From contig JBEDUI010000071.1 of assembly GCA_040414495.1 (NCBI GenBank), positions 425-64,424 of the forward strand: a stretch of DNA of 64,000 nt, read 5' to 3'. How positions within the stretch are numbered: position 1 is the stretch's first letter; every line of letters begins with the position of its first letter. The DNA comes from Mycobacteriales bacterium. GTDB lineage: Bacteria; Actinomycetota; Actinomycetes; Mycobacteriales; QHCD01. Below the pieces are notes generated by a model that was given only the letters and a program-made list of their open reading frames with translations, was not told the DNA's origin and made no database searches. Shown here in pieces: positions 32,936-43,301 of the stretch. The translations under genes and the position numbers were made by a program.

Positions 32936-33672
32936 ACCTTACCCTCCGCATCTGGCGGCAGCCCAACGCTGAGACCGCAGGAAAACTGGTCGACTACCAG
33001 ATCCACGACATCGGCAAAGACCTGTCATTCCTGGAAATGCTTGATGTGCTCAACGAGCGTCTTGCCAGCAATAATGAAGAGCCGATCGCGTTTGACAGTG
33101 ACTGCCGGGAAGGCATTTGCGGCATGTGCGGTCTGGTGATCGACGGCGTGCCGCACGGCCCGTCACAAGGGACCACCTGCCAATTGCACATGCGGTCGTT
33201 CCATGATGGACAGACGATCACGGTCGAGCCGTGGCGGGCCGCCACGTTCCCGGTCATCCGCGATCTGGTCGTGGACCGCACGCCGCTGGACCGGATCATC
33301 CAGGCCGGCGGGTATATCAGCGCGCCCACCGGCTCGGCCCCCGAAGCGAATGCCCTGCCGGTGCCGAAAGCCGACGCCGAGGCGGCATTCGACGCCGCCG
33401 CGTGTATCGGCTGCGGCGCCTGCGTGGCGGCCTGCCCCAACGGCTCGGCCATGTTGTTCACCGCGGCCAAAGCGGCGCACCTGGCCCATCTGCCGCAGGG
33501 TCAGCCCGAACGGAAAACACGGGCCCGCGGCATGGTCGAAGCGCAGGATGAGTTGGGCTTCGGCGGCTGCAGCACGGTCGGCGCCTGCACCACCGTCTGT
33601 CCGAAGGACATCCCGCTGGCCACGATCGCGCAGCTCAACCGGGACGTTCTGCGACCAGCCCGGTCTCGATGA
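32932..33672 (+). CDS. sdhB: Succinate dehydrogenase iron-sulfur subunit
   Basis: [23 protein letters not shown]...G.C..VCP. Confidence 0.95.
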
Positions 33673-33997
33673 TGGGCCGCACCTCCACGGCGCCCTCGGC
33701 GGCCATCGGACACAGCTGGGCCAGCTCGATCGCCTCGTCACGCGAGCATTCGAGGATGAAGTAGCCGCCCAACTGCTCGTTCGTCTCGGCGAACGGCCCG
33801 TCGGTCACCATCGACTCGCCGTCTCGTATCCGGATCGTCGTTGCGTGCTCGGTCGTGAAGAGCGGATCGGCGGCCCGCAGCACGCCCCGGTTCCGGCATT
33901 CGGCGGCGAAGGCCCGCACGGCACCCACCTTGGCCTCGTACTCGGGCGAAGAACCCTCGGGCCGGTAGCAGCCGTAGATCAGCAGCATGTAGCGCAC
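33635..33997 (-). CDS. YCII/DGPF-domain protein
   Basis: [27 protein letters not shown]. Confidence 0.9.
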   Translation of the reverse strand: MRYMLLIYGCYRPEGSSPEYEAKVGAVRAFAAECRNRGVLRAADPLFTTEHATTIRIRDGESMVTDGPFAETNEQLGGYFILECSRDEAIELAQLCPMAAEGAVEVRPIIETGLVAERPG

Positions 33998-34019
33998 CGG
34001 TCAAGTATGCCGGCACGAG

Positions 34020-34053
34020 CGATTACGCTACGAGGCCGATTACGCTACGAGGC
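34020..34053. repeat. Perfect 17-bp tandem duplication
   Basis: CGATTACGCTACGAGGC x2 in divergent intergenic region. Confidence 0.9.
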
Positions 34054-34078
34054 AAGGACACGTCACCAGGGAGGCGAC

Positions 34079-34333
34079 ATGGCAGAGGACAAGCCGTCCA
34101 GCGACATTCTGGGTCGGGTCGACGAGCTGGTCGCCGAGGAGCACGCGCTGCGCTCCCGGTCCACCGGCCAAGGCCTCAGCCAGGACGATCGCAACCGGCT
34201 GCGCTTGGTCGAGGAGCAGCTCGACCAGTGCTGGGATCTGCTCCGGCAGCGTCGCGCCCGCACCGAGGCCGGTGAGGATCCGAACGAGGCTCAGGTACGG
34301 CCGCGTAGCGAGGTCGAGGGCTACCTGCAGTAA
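34079..34333 (+). CDS. DUF2630 family protein
   Basis: LV.EEH.LR, LDQCWDLLRQRRA, VEGYLQ; GGAGG RBS. Confidence 0.88.
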   Translation: MAEDKPSSDILGRVDELVAEEHALRSRSTGQGLSQDDRNRLRLVEEQLDQCWDLLRQRRARTEAGEDPNEAQVRPRSEVEGYLQ

Positions 34334-34336
34334 GAG

Positions 34337-35182
34337 GTGCTGTCGCAGGTATTGCTCGAGGCGACGCCGCTGCTGCGCTGCCCCGTCTGTCAGGACGCAG
34401 TCAACGTTGTCGGTCAGGCGCTGCGCTGTCGGAACGGGCACAGCTACGACATCGCCCGCCAGGGTTACGTGAACTTGCTGTCCGGCCGGCATTTGACGGC
34501 TGACACCGCCGATATGGTGCGCGCCCGGCACGAATTCCTCGAATCCGGCCATTACCGGGCATTGGTGGCGGAAATAGTTGCCCACGCGAAGCCGCTGCTG
34601 TCGCCACGTGATGTGGTGGTCGACGCCGGCGCCGGCACCGGGCACTATCTGCGCGCAGTACTCGACGCCGTTCCGGGGGCATCAGGAATTGCCCTCGACC
34701 TGTCGAAGTACGCGGCCCGGCAGGCGGCCCGGGCACAGTTGCCGGCATTCGTGGTCGATCTGTGGCAGCCGCTGCCACTACGATCGGGCATCGCAACGGT
34801 GCTGATTGACGTATTCGCGCCACGTAATGCGGCCGAATTCCACCGCATTCTGAAACCGGGCGGTGCCCTGCTGGTCGTCACTCCCGGACCGAATCATCTG
34901 GCTGAGTTGATACGCCCACTCGACCTGATTTCCGTAGATGAGCGCAAGCCCGAACGACTGCAGCAGGCGTTGCGGCAATTCGATCCGGTCGCCACCGCGA
35001 AAATAGAAACCGTTCTGCAACTCCAGCAGCAAGATGTCGAGCAGATTGTCCTCATGGGACCGTCCGCCCATCATCTGGATTTGGACACCCTCCGGGCTCG
35101 GGTCGCCGCGTTGACGGCGCCGGTCACCGTCACCGCATCGTTTGTGTTGTCAGTTTTTCGACGAGGGAAAGGCGTCCGTTGA
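34337..35182 (+). CDS. RlmA-like 23S rRNA m1G methyltransferase
   Basis: CPVC...C.NGHSYDIARQGYVNLL Zn finger, DAGAGTGHY, DLSK, FAPRN..EF.R.LKPGG. Confidence 0.85.
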   Translation: MLSQVLLEATPLLRCPVCQDAVNVVGQALRCRNGHSYDIARQGYVNLLSGRHLTADTADMVRARHEFLESGHYRALVAEIVAHAKPLLSPRDVVVDAGAGTGHYLRAVLDAVPGASGIALDLSKYAARQAARAQLPAFVVDLWQPLPLRSGIATVLIDVFAPRNAAEFHRILKPGGALLVVTPGPNHLAELIRPLDLISVDERKPERLQQALRQFDPVATAKIETVLQLQQQDVEQIVLMGPSAHHLDLDTLRARVAALTAPVTVTASFVLSVFRRGKGVR

Positions 35183-35934
35183 CCGCGTTGCGGGAATTTC
35201 ACACCGATCTGCTGCAGGTTTCGATCCACCGTACGAATGTCGCGATGGGACAGTCGGCGGCCGCCGATATCGCGGCGGAATTGCGTAAGAGGCTGGCGGA
35301 TCAAGAACAGGTACGGATGATTTTCGCGGCCGCACCGTCGCAGGACACGATGCTGGAGGCATTGTCATACGCGCCGGAGATTGACTGGAGTCGGGTCACC
35401 GTATTCCACATGGATGAGTACGTGGGATTGGATCCGGCCGCACCGCAGGCTTTCGGGAAGTATCTACGAGACCGGCTTTTCGACCGCGTCCGTCCCGGCC
35501 GCATCGAGTTGATCAACGGAAATGCCGATCCGGTGTTGGAAAGTGCCCGCTACGGTCGGCTAATTGCCGAACCCATCGACATCGTCTGCCTGGGCATCGG
35601 CGAGAACGGGCACATCGCGTTCAACGACCCCGACGTGGCGGATTTCGACGATCCGGTGTTGGCGAAGGTCGTCGAACTCGACCAGCGGTCCCGCCAGCAA
35701 CAGGTGAACGACGGCTGTTTCGAGGCGTTCGATGACGTTCCCGAACGGGCGATCACGCTGACCATTCCGGCACTGACCGGCGGAGCGAAGCTGTTCTGTG
35801 TGGTGCCCGGGGCAAGTAAAGCCGAGGCGGTGCGGACCGTGCTCGAAGGCCCGGTCAGCACCGCCTGTCCGGCCACGGTGTTACGCAACCACCCGGCCTG
35901 CCGGCTCTATCTGGACGCCGAATCCGCGCTCTAA
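35179..35934 (+). CDS. Glucosamine-6-phosphate deaminase (NagB)-like protein
   Basis: FHMDEYVG, LGIGENGHIAFNDP, R.QQV.DGCF, CPA..L..H. Confidence 0.85.
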   Translation: MTALREFHTDLLQVSIHRTNVAMGQSAAADIAAELRKRLADQEQVRMIFAAAPSQDTMLEALSYAPEIDWSRVTVFHMDEYVGLDPAAPQAFGKYLRDRLFDRVRPGRIELINGNADPVLESARYGRLIAEPIDIVCLGIGENGHIAFNDPDVADFDDPVLAKVVELDQRSRQQQVNDGCFEAFDDVPERAITLTIPALTGGAKLFCVVPGASKAEAVRTVLEGPVSTACPATVLRNHPACRLYLDAESAL

Positions 35935-36119
35935 CCCGACTTCCGCCGGAACTCGCGCTTCACCTTCACGTCCTTGAGGTCATGCGCCTTCTCGGCCGCG
36001 TCGTGCGGTCCGTTGTCAGCGTGCTTGGCGTGTTTCTTCCGATCCAATGCCTCACGGAACTTACGGCGGATGTCGTCCTCAGAAGCCGTATCGCCCTGCG
36101 CTGCTTCACCGTCTGTCAT
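35931..36119 (-). CDS. DUF5302 family small protein
   Basis: RKFREALDRKK ... REFRRKSG; GGAGG RBS. Confidence 0.8.
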   Translation of the reverse strand: MTDGEAAQGDTASEDDIRRKFREALDRKKHAKHADNGPHDAAEKAHDLKDVKVKREFRRKSG

Positions 36120-36176
36120 GCTGCACCTCCCTGGCCCCTGATGCTGTCACGGAACGGCAACTCGGTGCTACAGATA

Positions 36177-38666
36177 TCAGTCGGCCGCCGCGGCCTCGAC
36201 CGGACGGGTCCGCAGCGCGACCCAACCCGGCACGAGCGTCGCGGCAAAGGTCAGCAGGGCAGCCGAGCCGATCACCACCAGGTAGATCCACAGTGGACCT
36301 GAGGGCAGCAGCGAACCGCGTAGGCTCCAGCAGAACGGCCCCAGCGTCGCCATCGTCACCACGGTGCCCAGCGCCAGACCGACGATGGTGACCAGCAGGC
36401 TCTCCAGCCCCATCATCCGCAGCACCAGTGCTCGGGTCGCGCCGGTCAGTCGCTGCAACGCGAATTCCCTACGCCGTCGGGTCGTCGCCGCGATCAGCGT
36501 GTTGGCGACGGCGATCACCGTGTACGCCACGATCATTCCGACCAGCAGGTAGTTCACCCAGGCCCCGGTCTGCTGACCGGTGTCGTAGTCGGCCAGCAGC
36601 GCCGCCCGGTCAGCCACCCGAACACCTGGCCACTGACTGACTGGCAGTGCCGAAATGGCCTGGGGCGAGGCCCGGAGCAGGATCTGCGTCGGCATCCCGT
36701 CGGTGGTGTGCGCCGCCAGCAAATCGACCGGCAGCAGAATCGTCTCGTACCCGGATTTGGCCGTGAACAAGGCGACGATTCTGAGATTGACTGCAACCCG
36801 GTCACCGAGCCGCATCGTGATCTGGTCTCCGATCCCGCGGTGCAGCTTGTGCGCCTCGCTGACCGGCAACGCCACGGTGTTGCCCGTGAGATTTGCCAAC
36901 CGTCCCGCCGTGACGGGCAACGACATCGTCGCCTCGGCGGCCGAGCCGCTGACGCCCTGCAGGTGCCAGCCGTCGCTGTCCTGCGACGCGTGCGGATAGT
37001 CGATCACGCCGGTGCTCGCGACGTACGCACCGGCCGCGCTCACCCCGGGCGTACGCCGGACCTGCGCCAAGAGCTGATCTGACAGTCCAGTGGCCCCGGT
37101 CAGTACGGCATCGGCCCGGACGCTGTGGGTGTACGCGCGATCCATCTCGTGCACGGTCGTGGTCTGCATGTAGATGTTCGCGGTGGCGATGCTGCTGGCC
37201 AACATCAACGGCATGACCGCCGCCGCCATAGGGATCGCCCGCGCCCGTACGTTCAGCGCCGCCAACCGGCCGCCCTGGCCGGTCAGGAAACGCAGCGGCC
37301 ACTGCAGCACCGCGGTCGCGACCTTGGTCAGGCCCGGACCGAGCAGCGCCAGACCGATGGCCCAGCAGAGCACCGCAGGCCCGGCCGTACTGGCCGCTAT
37401 CGGCCCGGACAGCACGGTCATCGTGACGATGGCCAGCGCGAACCCGCCACCAATAAAGGCAATCGCCAACAGCACCCGCAGCGGGCTCACCCAGTGCCGT
37501 TGCACCCCCGCCTCGACCAGCGCCTCGACCGGGCGGGTCTTCGCCGCCCGGTGCCCGGCCACGACGGCCGCCCCGAACGACGCGAGCAGCGCCACCCCGA
37601 GACCGGTCAGCAGCGGGATCCAGCCGTGGTAGTACGTGACGACAGTGGGCAGCACGCCGTGGTTTGCCAGTTGGTCAAACAGCCAATGGCCGAATGCCCC
37701 GGCCGGCACGATCGCCAAGGCGGCTGCCAGGATCGCGACCACCAACGCCTCGCACCGCACCATCCACCGCAGCTGGCGCGGGGTCATGCCGATTGTGCGC
37801 AGCAACGCCAATTCGCGCTGCCGGTGCCGGGCCGCGAGCGAGAGCGTAGAGACGATCACGAACAGCGTGACCGCGGCCGCCATACCGCCGAACACAGCCG
37901 CCAGCACGATCAGATCCGAGGCGCCGCGCCGCACGTCGGGATATTCGGCAACACCCCGATCGGGCCCGGTCAGCGCGACCACGCCCGGCCGGGCGATTGC
38001 CTTCTTCACGGCCGCGATGTCGGCATGTGGTCGCAGCAGTACGCCGATGGCGTCGATGCTCTTTGCCAGCGTCGTGGCTTCGGCCGGGGCGAAGAAGATG
38101 GCTGATTGCTTGACGCCGGGCGCCGCCCCGATCCCGGACACCGTGAACTGCCGCGGCTCGCCTCGTACGAGGATCCGCACGTGCTGCCCAATCGAAACCC
38201 CAGTCCGCGCAGCCAGACCGGAATCGAGCACGACCTGATCCGAGCGCGTTGGCGCGGTTCCGGCGGCTAAGTGATATGGCGCCAGCACCGCGCTGGTCCA
38301 GCTGTGGCCCTGCGCGTCGGGCGCGACCGGCTGGTCGCCGCGCAGTGTCGTCGCCGGGAAGGACACCTCGGGCACCGCCCGGGCCACGCCCGGCACGGCG
38401 GCGATCGTACGGACCAGGTCTGAGCTGACCGGAACTCGTTCCACGAGCGTCGTCGAGTCCTCGCCGCTGGTCAGCTTGTACGACTGGTCACCGGCCACCA
38501 CGATCGGCGCGGCGGCCAACCGCTGCGCCGGCACGTTGGCCCGAATCGCGGTCTCCATCAGGCCACCGCAGGCCATCACGATCATCGCGCCGACGAAGAC
38601 GGCGATGAACGTCGCGACGAAGCTCCCGGTCCGGCGTCGCAGCGAACGAAATGCCAACCGGAACAT
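36177..38666 (-). CDS. FtsX/MacB-like ABC permease (two FtsX domains)
   Basis: RQRELALLRTIG.T..Q and RRREFALQRLTGATR motifs; TGATG coupling to ATPase. Confidence 0.88.
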   Translation of the reverse strand: MFRLAFRSLRRRTGSFVATFIAVFVGAMIVMACGGLMETAIRANVPAQRLAAAPIVVAGDQSYKLTSGEDSTTLVERVPVSSDLVRTIAAVPGVARAVPEVSFPATTLRGDQPVAPDAQGHSWTSAVLAPYHLAAGTAPTRSDQVVLDSGLAARTGVSIGQHVRILVRGEPRQFTVSGIGAAPGVKQSAIFFAPAEATTLAKSIDAIGVLLRPHADIAAVKKAIARPGVVALTGPDRGVAEYPDVRRGASDLIVLAAVFGGMAAAVTLFVIVSTLSLAARHRQRELALLRTIGMTPRQLRWMVRCEALVVAILAAALAIVPAGAFGHWLFDQLANHGVLPTVVTYYHGWIPLLTGLGVALLASFGAAVVAGHRAAKTRPVEALVEAGVQRHWVSPLRVLLAIAFIGGGFALAIVTMTVLSGPIAASTAGPAVLCWAIGLALLGPGLTKVATAVLQWPLRFLTGQGGRLAALNVRARAIPMAAAVMPLMLASSIATANIYMQTTTVHEMDRAYTHSVRADAVLTGATGLSDQLLAQVRRTPGVSAAGAYVASTGVIDYPHASQDSDGWHLQGVSGSAAEATMSLPVTAGRLANLTGNTVALPVSEAHKLHRGIGDQITMRLGDRVAVNLRIVALFTAKSGYETILLPVDLLAAHTTDGMPTQILLRASPQAISALPVSQWPGVRVADRAALLADYDTGQQTGAWVNYLLVGMIVAYTVIAVANTLIAATTRRRREFALQRLTGATRALVLRMMGLESLLVTIVGLALGTVVTMATLGPFCWSLRGSLLPSGPLWIYLVVIGSAALLTFAATLVPGWVALRTRPVEAAAAD

Positions 38667-39424
38667 CACTGACTCACCAACCGCGGCGCCTCGACGAGGC
38701 TGGTCATCCGCTCGGCCACGGCGTTCGGGGTGGGCCGGTCCAGTCGGTCGACGAGTTGCCCGTCGGCCAGGAACACCACCCGGTCGGCGAAGGAGGCTGC
38801 GACCGGATCGTGGGTCACCATCACCACGGTCTGGCCGGCGGTACGGACCGGTTCGCGCAGCAGCCCGAGGATTTCGCGGGCGGTACGGGTGTCCAGCGCG
38901 CCGGTCGGCTCGTCGGCGAAGATGACCGCGGGCCGGGCGATCAGCGCGCGGGCGATCGCCACCCGCTGCTGCTGACCACCGGAGAGCTGCGCCGGCAGGT
39001 GCCGGCGCCGGTCGGTCAGGCCGACCCGCTCCAGTACCTCGGCCAGCTCTGCGCGAGGTGGCTTCCGGCCGGCCAACATCAGCGGCAGCGTCACGTTCTG
39101 GGCGACGGTCAGGGCAGGCAACAGGTTGAAGGCCTGGAAGATGAACCCGATCCGGTCGCGCCGCAGTCGGGTCAGCGCCGCCTCCTTCAACGAGCCGAGA
39201 TCGACCCCGTCCAGCCACACCGTCCCGGCGCTGGGCCGGTCCAGCCCGGCGGCGCAGTGCAGGAACGTGCTCTTACCGGATCCGGAGGGACCCATGACGG
39301 CGGTAAAGGTGCCACGGGGCAGGCCGAGGGTGACGCCGTCCAACGCGACAACGCCGTTCCCGCCCTTGCCGTAGACCTTGCGTACCCCGTCCAACAGGAC
39401 CGCGTAGTCCTGGTTGCTACTCAT
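38666..39424 (-). CDS. ABC ATP-binding protein (LolD/MacB type)
   Basis: GPSGSGKST, LSGGQQQRVAIARAL, FADEPTGALD, VTHD. Confidence 0.95.
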   Translation of the reverse strand: MSSNQDYAVLLDGVRKVYGKGGNGVVALDGVTLGLPRGTFTAVMGPSGSGKSTFLHCAAGLDRPSAGTVWLDGVDLGSLKEAALTRLRRDRIGFIFQAFNLLPALTVAQNVTLPLMLAGRKPPRAELAEVLERVGLTDRRRHLPAQLSGGQQQRVAIARALIARPAVIFADEPTGALDTRTAREILGLLREPVRTAGQTVVMVTHDPVAASFADRVVFLADGQLVDRLDRPTPNAVAERMTSLVEAPRLVSQ

Positions 39425-39554
39425 CTGGCCACTCCCGGTCAACTCGCCGATGTCCTGCAAGGACCGACGCTATGGCGCGCTGAACCACGTATAAATGGCC
39501 TTAAGCAGTGGCCCGGGGTAGGCAAAACTCCCCCTGGTCTCGGCCCCCGAGACC

Positions 39555-39569
39555 TGTTACACGTTTAAG
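39555..39569. promoter_or_regulatory. Putative LacI-type operator upstream of uxuA
   Basis: TGTTACACGTTTAAG, CG-centred near-palindrome; LacI gene is third in the operon. Confidence 0.5.
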
Positions 39570-39632
39570 TAGGCGGCCACTGTGCTGGTCCGACAACGTT
39601 GACGCCCGCCCCCGGAAGCAGGAAGATCAGGC

Positions 39633-40643
39633 ATGATCAAGATCGCGGAGATGCTGCCGCCCGACCCTTCCGCGCAGTCGTTGTGGCGCCTCATGCGTCA
39701 GGCCGGTGTGGACTATGCCGTCGGCGGTTTGCCGAGCGGACCGGCGTTGGGGCCCGGTGAGGCGCCCTGGGATTATCTGCCGCTGCTGCGGATGAAACAG
39801 AAATACGAGAATGCCGGCTTCAACCTGGCCGTGATCGAAGCCCGCCCGCCGTTGAATCTGGCCAAACGCGGTCTGCCCGGCCGGGACGCCGAGATTGATA
39901 CGGTCTGCACGCTGCTGGAGAACATGGGCCGGTTGGGCATTCCGGTCTGGTGTTACGAGTGGATGACCGATTTCAACTGGCTGCGTACCAGCACCGATAT
40001 TCCGGCCCGCGGCGGTTCACTGGTCAGCGGCTACGAACACGCCCTGATGCAGGCCGGGCCGCCGACCGAGCACGGCCCGATCAGCGAGGACAAGCTCTGG
40101 GAGACCCTCGAATATTTCCTGAACCGGGTCGTCCCGGTCGCCGAAAAGGCCGGCGTCAAGCTCGCGATGCACCCCGATGACCCGCCGATATCGCCCATTC
40201 GCGGGGTCGGCCGGATCATGCGCAGCATCGACAACTACGCCCGGCTGCTGGAGTTGGCCGACAGTGAGGTCAACGGCATTACGTTGTGTCAGGGCAATTT
40301 CCGGCTGATGACCGATGACATTCCCTCGGCCATCCGGAAGTTCAACGACCGCATATTCTTCGTTCATCTGCGCGACGTGCGCGGGACGGTCGAAAAATTC
40401 GAGGAAACCTGGCACGACGCCGGTCCGACCGATTTCCTGGAATGCCTGCGCGCCTATCGCGACGTCGGATTCAACGGCGTACTACGGCCCGATCACGTTC
40501 CCACGGTCGAGGGCGACAGCAATGATCGACCCGGGTATTCCGTCTTCGGCCGGCTTTTTGCCGTCGGATACATTCGTGGCCTGCAGCAAGCCGTCTACGA
40601 AAACGCCGACGGCGACACCGATCGAGACACCGGAGCGAGCTGA
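39633..40643 (+). CDS. uxuA: Mannonate dehydratase family protein
   Basis: [51 protein letters not shown]. Confidence 0.85.
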   Translation: MIKIAEMLPPDPSAQSLWRLMRQAGVDYAVGGLPSGPALGPGEAPWDYLPLLRMKQKYENAGFNLAVIEARPPLNLAKRGLPGRDAEIDTVCTLLENMGRLGIPVWCYEWMTDFNWLRTSTDIPARGGSLVSGYEHALMQAGPPTEHGPISEDKLWETLEYFLNRVVPVAEKAGVKLAMHPDDPPISPIRGVGRIMRSIDNYARLLELADSEVNGITLCQGNFRLMTDDIPSAIRKFNDRIFFVHLRDVRGTVEKFEETWHDAGPTDFLECLRAYRDVGFNGVLRPDHVPTVEGDSNDRPGYSVFGRLFAVGYIRGLQQAVYENADGDTDRDTGAS

Positions 40644-40644
40644 C

Positions 40645-41487
40645 ATGCGCATTGCCCTGACCGGCGCCGGCGGAGGAGTTGGTCGTGCGGTGGCTGCGGC
40701 CGCCCTCGCGCAGGGACACACGGTTGTCGGTATTGACCGACCCGGTGTGGAAATACCAACGACCGCCCAAGTACACGCCGATCTCACGTCGTACCAAGAA
40801 TTCGAGAACGCCGTTCGCGGGTGCGACGGGCTGATTCACCTGGCCGCCTTTCCCTCCCCCGGCCACCGGCCGGCCCACGAGACGCACCACAACAATGTGG
40901 TCAGCAGCTACAACGCCTTGTGCGCGGCGGTCGAGGTGGGAATCAACCGGGTCTGTATGGCCTCCAGCATCAACGCGATCGGCGGTGCGTACAGCCGCAA
41001 CCCGCGGTACGACTATTTCCCGCTCGACGAGGAACACCCAACCTACGACGAGGATCCGTACAGCCTGTCGAAGTGGATCTGCGAGGCGCAGGCCGATTCG
41101 ATCGCCCGACGGTACGAGTCGATGACGATCGCGACGGTGCGTTTCCACTGGGTCGTCAAGAGTTTGGATGTAGTCCATGACCGGGGCGCGGCCACACCCG
41201 AGGCCGGGGTCAAGCAGCTCTGGGGTTATACGACATTCGACGCCGCCGCCAGCGCCTGTCTGCTCTCAATGACCGCCGAATTCACCGGGCACGAGCGGTT
41301 TTACATTGTGGCGCCGCGTACGGTGACCGATATTGATTCGCGGGAATTGGCCCACCGTTTCTATCCGGATACGAAGATCGTCGGCGATCTGACCGGTCAA
41401 CGCAGCTTTTTCGATTCCAGTAAGGCGGAACGGCTGCTGGGTTGGAAACACGATTCGGCTCCGGCTGCGATCACCGAACCGAGCTAA
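40645..41487 (+). CDS. NAD-dependent epimerase/dehydratase (uronate-dehydrogenase-like)
   Basis: TGAGGGVG, IHLAA, ASS, YSLSK, KAERLLGW. Confidence 0.85.
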   Translation: MRIALTGAGGGVGRAVAAAALAQGHTVVGIDRPGVEIPTTAQVHADLTSYQEFENAVRGCDGLIHLAAFPSPGHRPAHETHHNNVVSSYNALCAAVEVGINRVCMASSINAIGGAYSRNPRYDYFPLDEEHPTYDEDPYSLSKWICEAQADSIARRYESMTIATVRFHWVVKSLDVVHDRGAATPEAGVKQLWGYTTFDAAASACLLSMTAEFTGHERFYIVAPRTVTDIDSRELAHRFYPDTKIVGDLTGQRSFFDSSKAERLLGWKHDSAPAAITEPS

Positions 41488-41503
41488 CAGATCGGAGCCC
41501 GCC

Positions 41504-42574
41504 ATGGCCCGTGTCACCATCGCCGATATCGCCCGGCGGGCGAACGTTTCCACCAGCGCTGTCTCGTACGCGCTCAACGACCGTCCCGGCGTGGGTGAGG
41601 CGACCCGCCGCGACATTCTCGCGATTGCCGAGAGCATGGGCTGGCGGCCGAATCGGGCCGCCCGCTCGCTGCAGGCGGCCCGAGCCAATGCCGTCGGCCT
41701 GATATTTCGCCGGGATAAGGATTCGGCCGAGGAGACGTCGAGTTTTCTGTTGCGTTTCCTCGACGGTGTGGAAAGCGAGCTGAGCGAGCACGACATCGTG
41801 CTGGTGGTGCACGCGGTCCCGGATCATGCGGCCGAGATCGAGGTTTACCGGCGCTGGTATGCCGAAAGCCGCGTCGACGGCGTCATTCTCATCAATCCTG
41901 TTGTCGATGACCTGCGGCTGCCAGCCGTGGTGAAGCTGGGTATGCCGGCGGTCGTGGTCGGCGATGTGCGAGGTCACAGCCCACTGCCGGCGGTGTGGAC
42001 CGACGACACCGAGGCGGCGACGCTGGCCGTTGAGCACCTGATCGGCCTCGGGCACCGGCGCATCGCGCGCGTGGGTGGGCACGTGGAGCTGCTGCACACC
42101 AGAATCCGTAAGGCCGCGTTCTCCAAGGCGTTGGCCGCGGCCCGGCTCGGCGGCGATCTCAACGTCGACAATGCGACCGAGGAGGACGCCGAACGGGTGA
42201 CCCGCCGGCTATTGGCCCGTAAGAGTCCGCCGACCGCGATTCTGTACGAGGGCGACACGATGGCGATGCGCGCGCTGGTGACGCTGCGCGAGCTGGGCGT
42301 GTCGGTGCCGAAGGATCTGTCGGTCATGGTCTGGGACGACTCGCCGCTGTGCCGGCTCGCTTATCCATCGCTGACGGCGTTGCGCCGGGACGCCTTCATG
42401 TACGGGCGGTTGGTGGCCGCGCACCTGGTCACCCGGCTCTCCGGCCAGGCGGTGACGGATCGGCGCGGCACCGTCGCCGAAATCCAGGTCCGGGACAGCA
42501 CCGGCCCCGCCCCGGTCACAGTCCGCGATAGGAAATCCGGTCGGCAGAAGGATGCTGGCGCAGGTATTCGGTGA
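41504..42574 (+). CDS. LacI-family transcriptional regulator
   Basis: TIADIARRANVS.SAVSYALN, LGHRRIA, VP.DLSV..WDD. Confidence 0.93.
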   Translation: MARVTIADIARRANVSTSAVSYALNDRPGVGEATRRDILAIAESMGWRPNRAARSLQAARANAVGLIFRRDKDSAEETSSFLLRFLDGVESELSEHDIVLVVHAVPDHAAEIEVYRRWYAESRVDGVILINPVVDDLRLPAVVKLGMPAVVVGDVRGHSPLPAVWTDDTEAATLAVEHLIGLGHRRIARVGGHVELLHTRIRKAAFSKALAAARLGGDLNVDNATEEDAERVTRRLLARKSPPTAILYEGDTMAMRALVTLRELGVSVPKDLSVMVWDDSPLCRLAYPSLTALRRDAFMYGRLVAAHLVTRLSGQAVTDRRGTVAEIQVRDSTGPAPVTVRDRKSGRQKDAGAGIR

Positions 42575-43265
42575 ACGACCGGCCCGCCACAGCGTTCTCG
42601 GGAACGGTCAGCGCACCGGCCGCCAGCTCGCGGAAAGCCCGGCCCGGCAGGCGAATCGGCAGTGTCATCCGCCGACGCTCGGTCGCGGTCAGGTAGCCGC
42701 GGGCGAATTCGCGCAGCGGGGCGACCTGCGGCCCGCCCAGGTCCGGCACCCGGCCAGCCGGCTTTTCAACGAGCTCGACCACCCGGGCCGCGACATCGCC
42801 GACGTCGATCGGCTGCAGCGGGATATTGGCCACCGGCATCATCGGGCTTCGCGCCGCGGCCGCGAAGACCACGCGGACCAGGTCGTGGAATTGGGTGGTA
42901 CGCAGCACGGTGTACGGCAGCCCGGATTCAGCCAGCAGTTGCTCGCCCGCCAGCTTGGTGCGGTAGAAGCGGATTGGGACCCGGTCGATGCCGACGATCG
43001 ATGGGTAGATGACATGTGGCCGGCCCACGCGCTTCGCGGCCTCGATCACCTGCCTGTCGGCCTTCCCGCGCGGGTCCGAGATGCAGTGCACTACCGTGTC
43101 GACCGCGGCGAGGGCCTCGTCCAACCCGGCCCCGGTCTCGTAATTGACCTGAGTGGCACCGGGCCGTTCCCGCCGGCTCGTGACGATGACATCGTGCCCG
43201 GCCAGTTGCTCGACCACGGCCCGACCCAGCACTCCCATACCGCCGGTCACCAGAATTGAATGCAT
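42516..43265 (-). CDS. NmrA-like/NAD(P)-binding atypical SDR
   Basis: ILVTGG.G.LG, SIVGIDR, LR.TQFH, QPID..DVA. Confidence 0.88.
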   Translation of the reverse strand: MHSILVTGGMGVLGRAVVEQLAGHDVIVTSRRERPGATQVNYETGAGLDEALAAVDTVVHCISDPRGKADRQVIEAAKRVGRPHVIYPSIVGIDRVPIRFYRTKLAGEQLLAESGLPYTVLRTTQFHDLVRVVFAAAARSPMMPVANIPLQPIDVGDVAARVVELVEKPAGRVPDLGGPQVAPLREFARGYLTATERRRMTLPIRLPGRAFRELAAGALTVPENAVAGRSFTEYLRQHPSADRISYRGL

Positions 43266-43274
43266 ACGTAAGGA

Positions 43275-43301
43275 GACGTAATTGACCGCCCGAGTGTGAC
43301 T
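43275..43301 (-). promoter_or_regulatory. ECF41 (SigJ-like) sigma promoter
   Basis: Minus strand AGTCACA-N16-CGTC ending 9 nt before the ATG; ECF41 consensus is TGTCACA-n16-CGTC. Confidence 0.65.

Noticed and set aside
39513-39537. Imperfect GGGGTAG...CTCCCCC inverted repeat upstream of the ABC exporter
   Set aside because: Could be a response-regulator site but is too degenerate to support from one instance.
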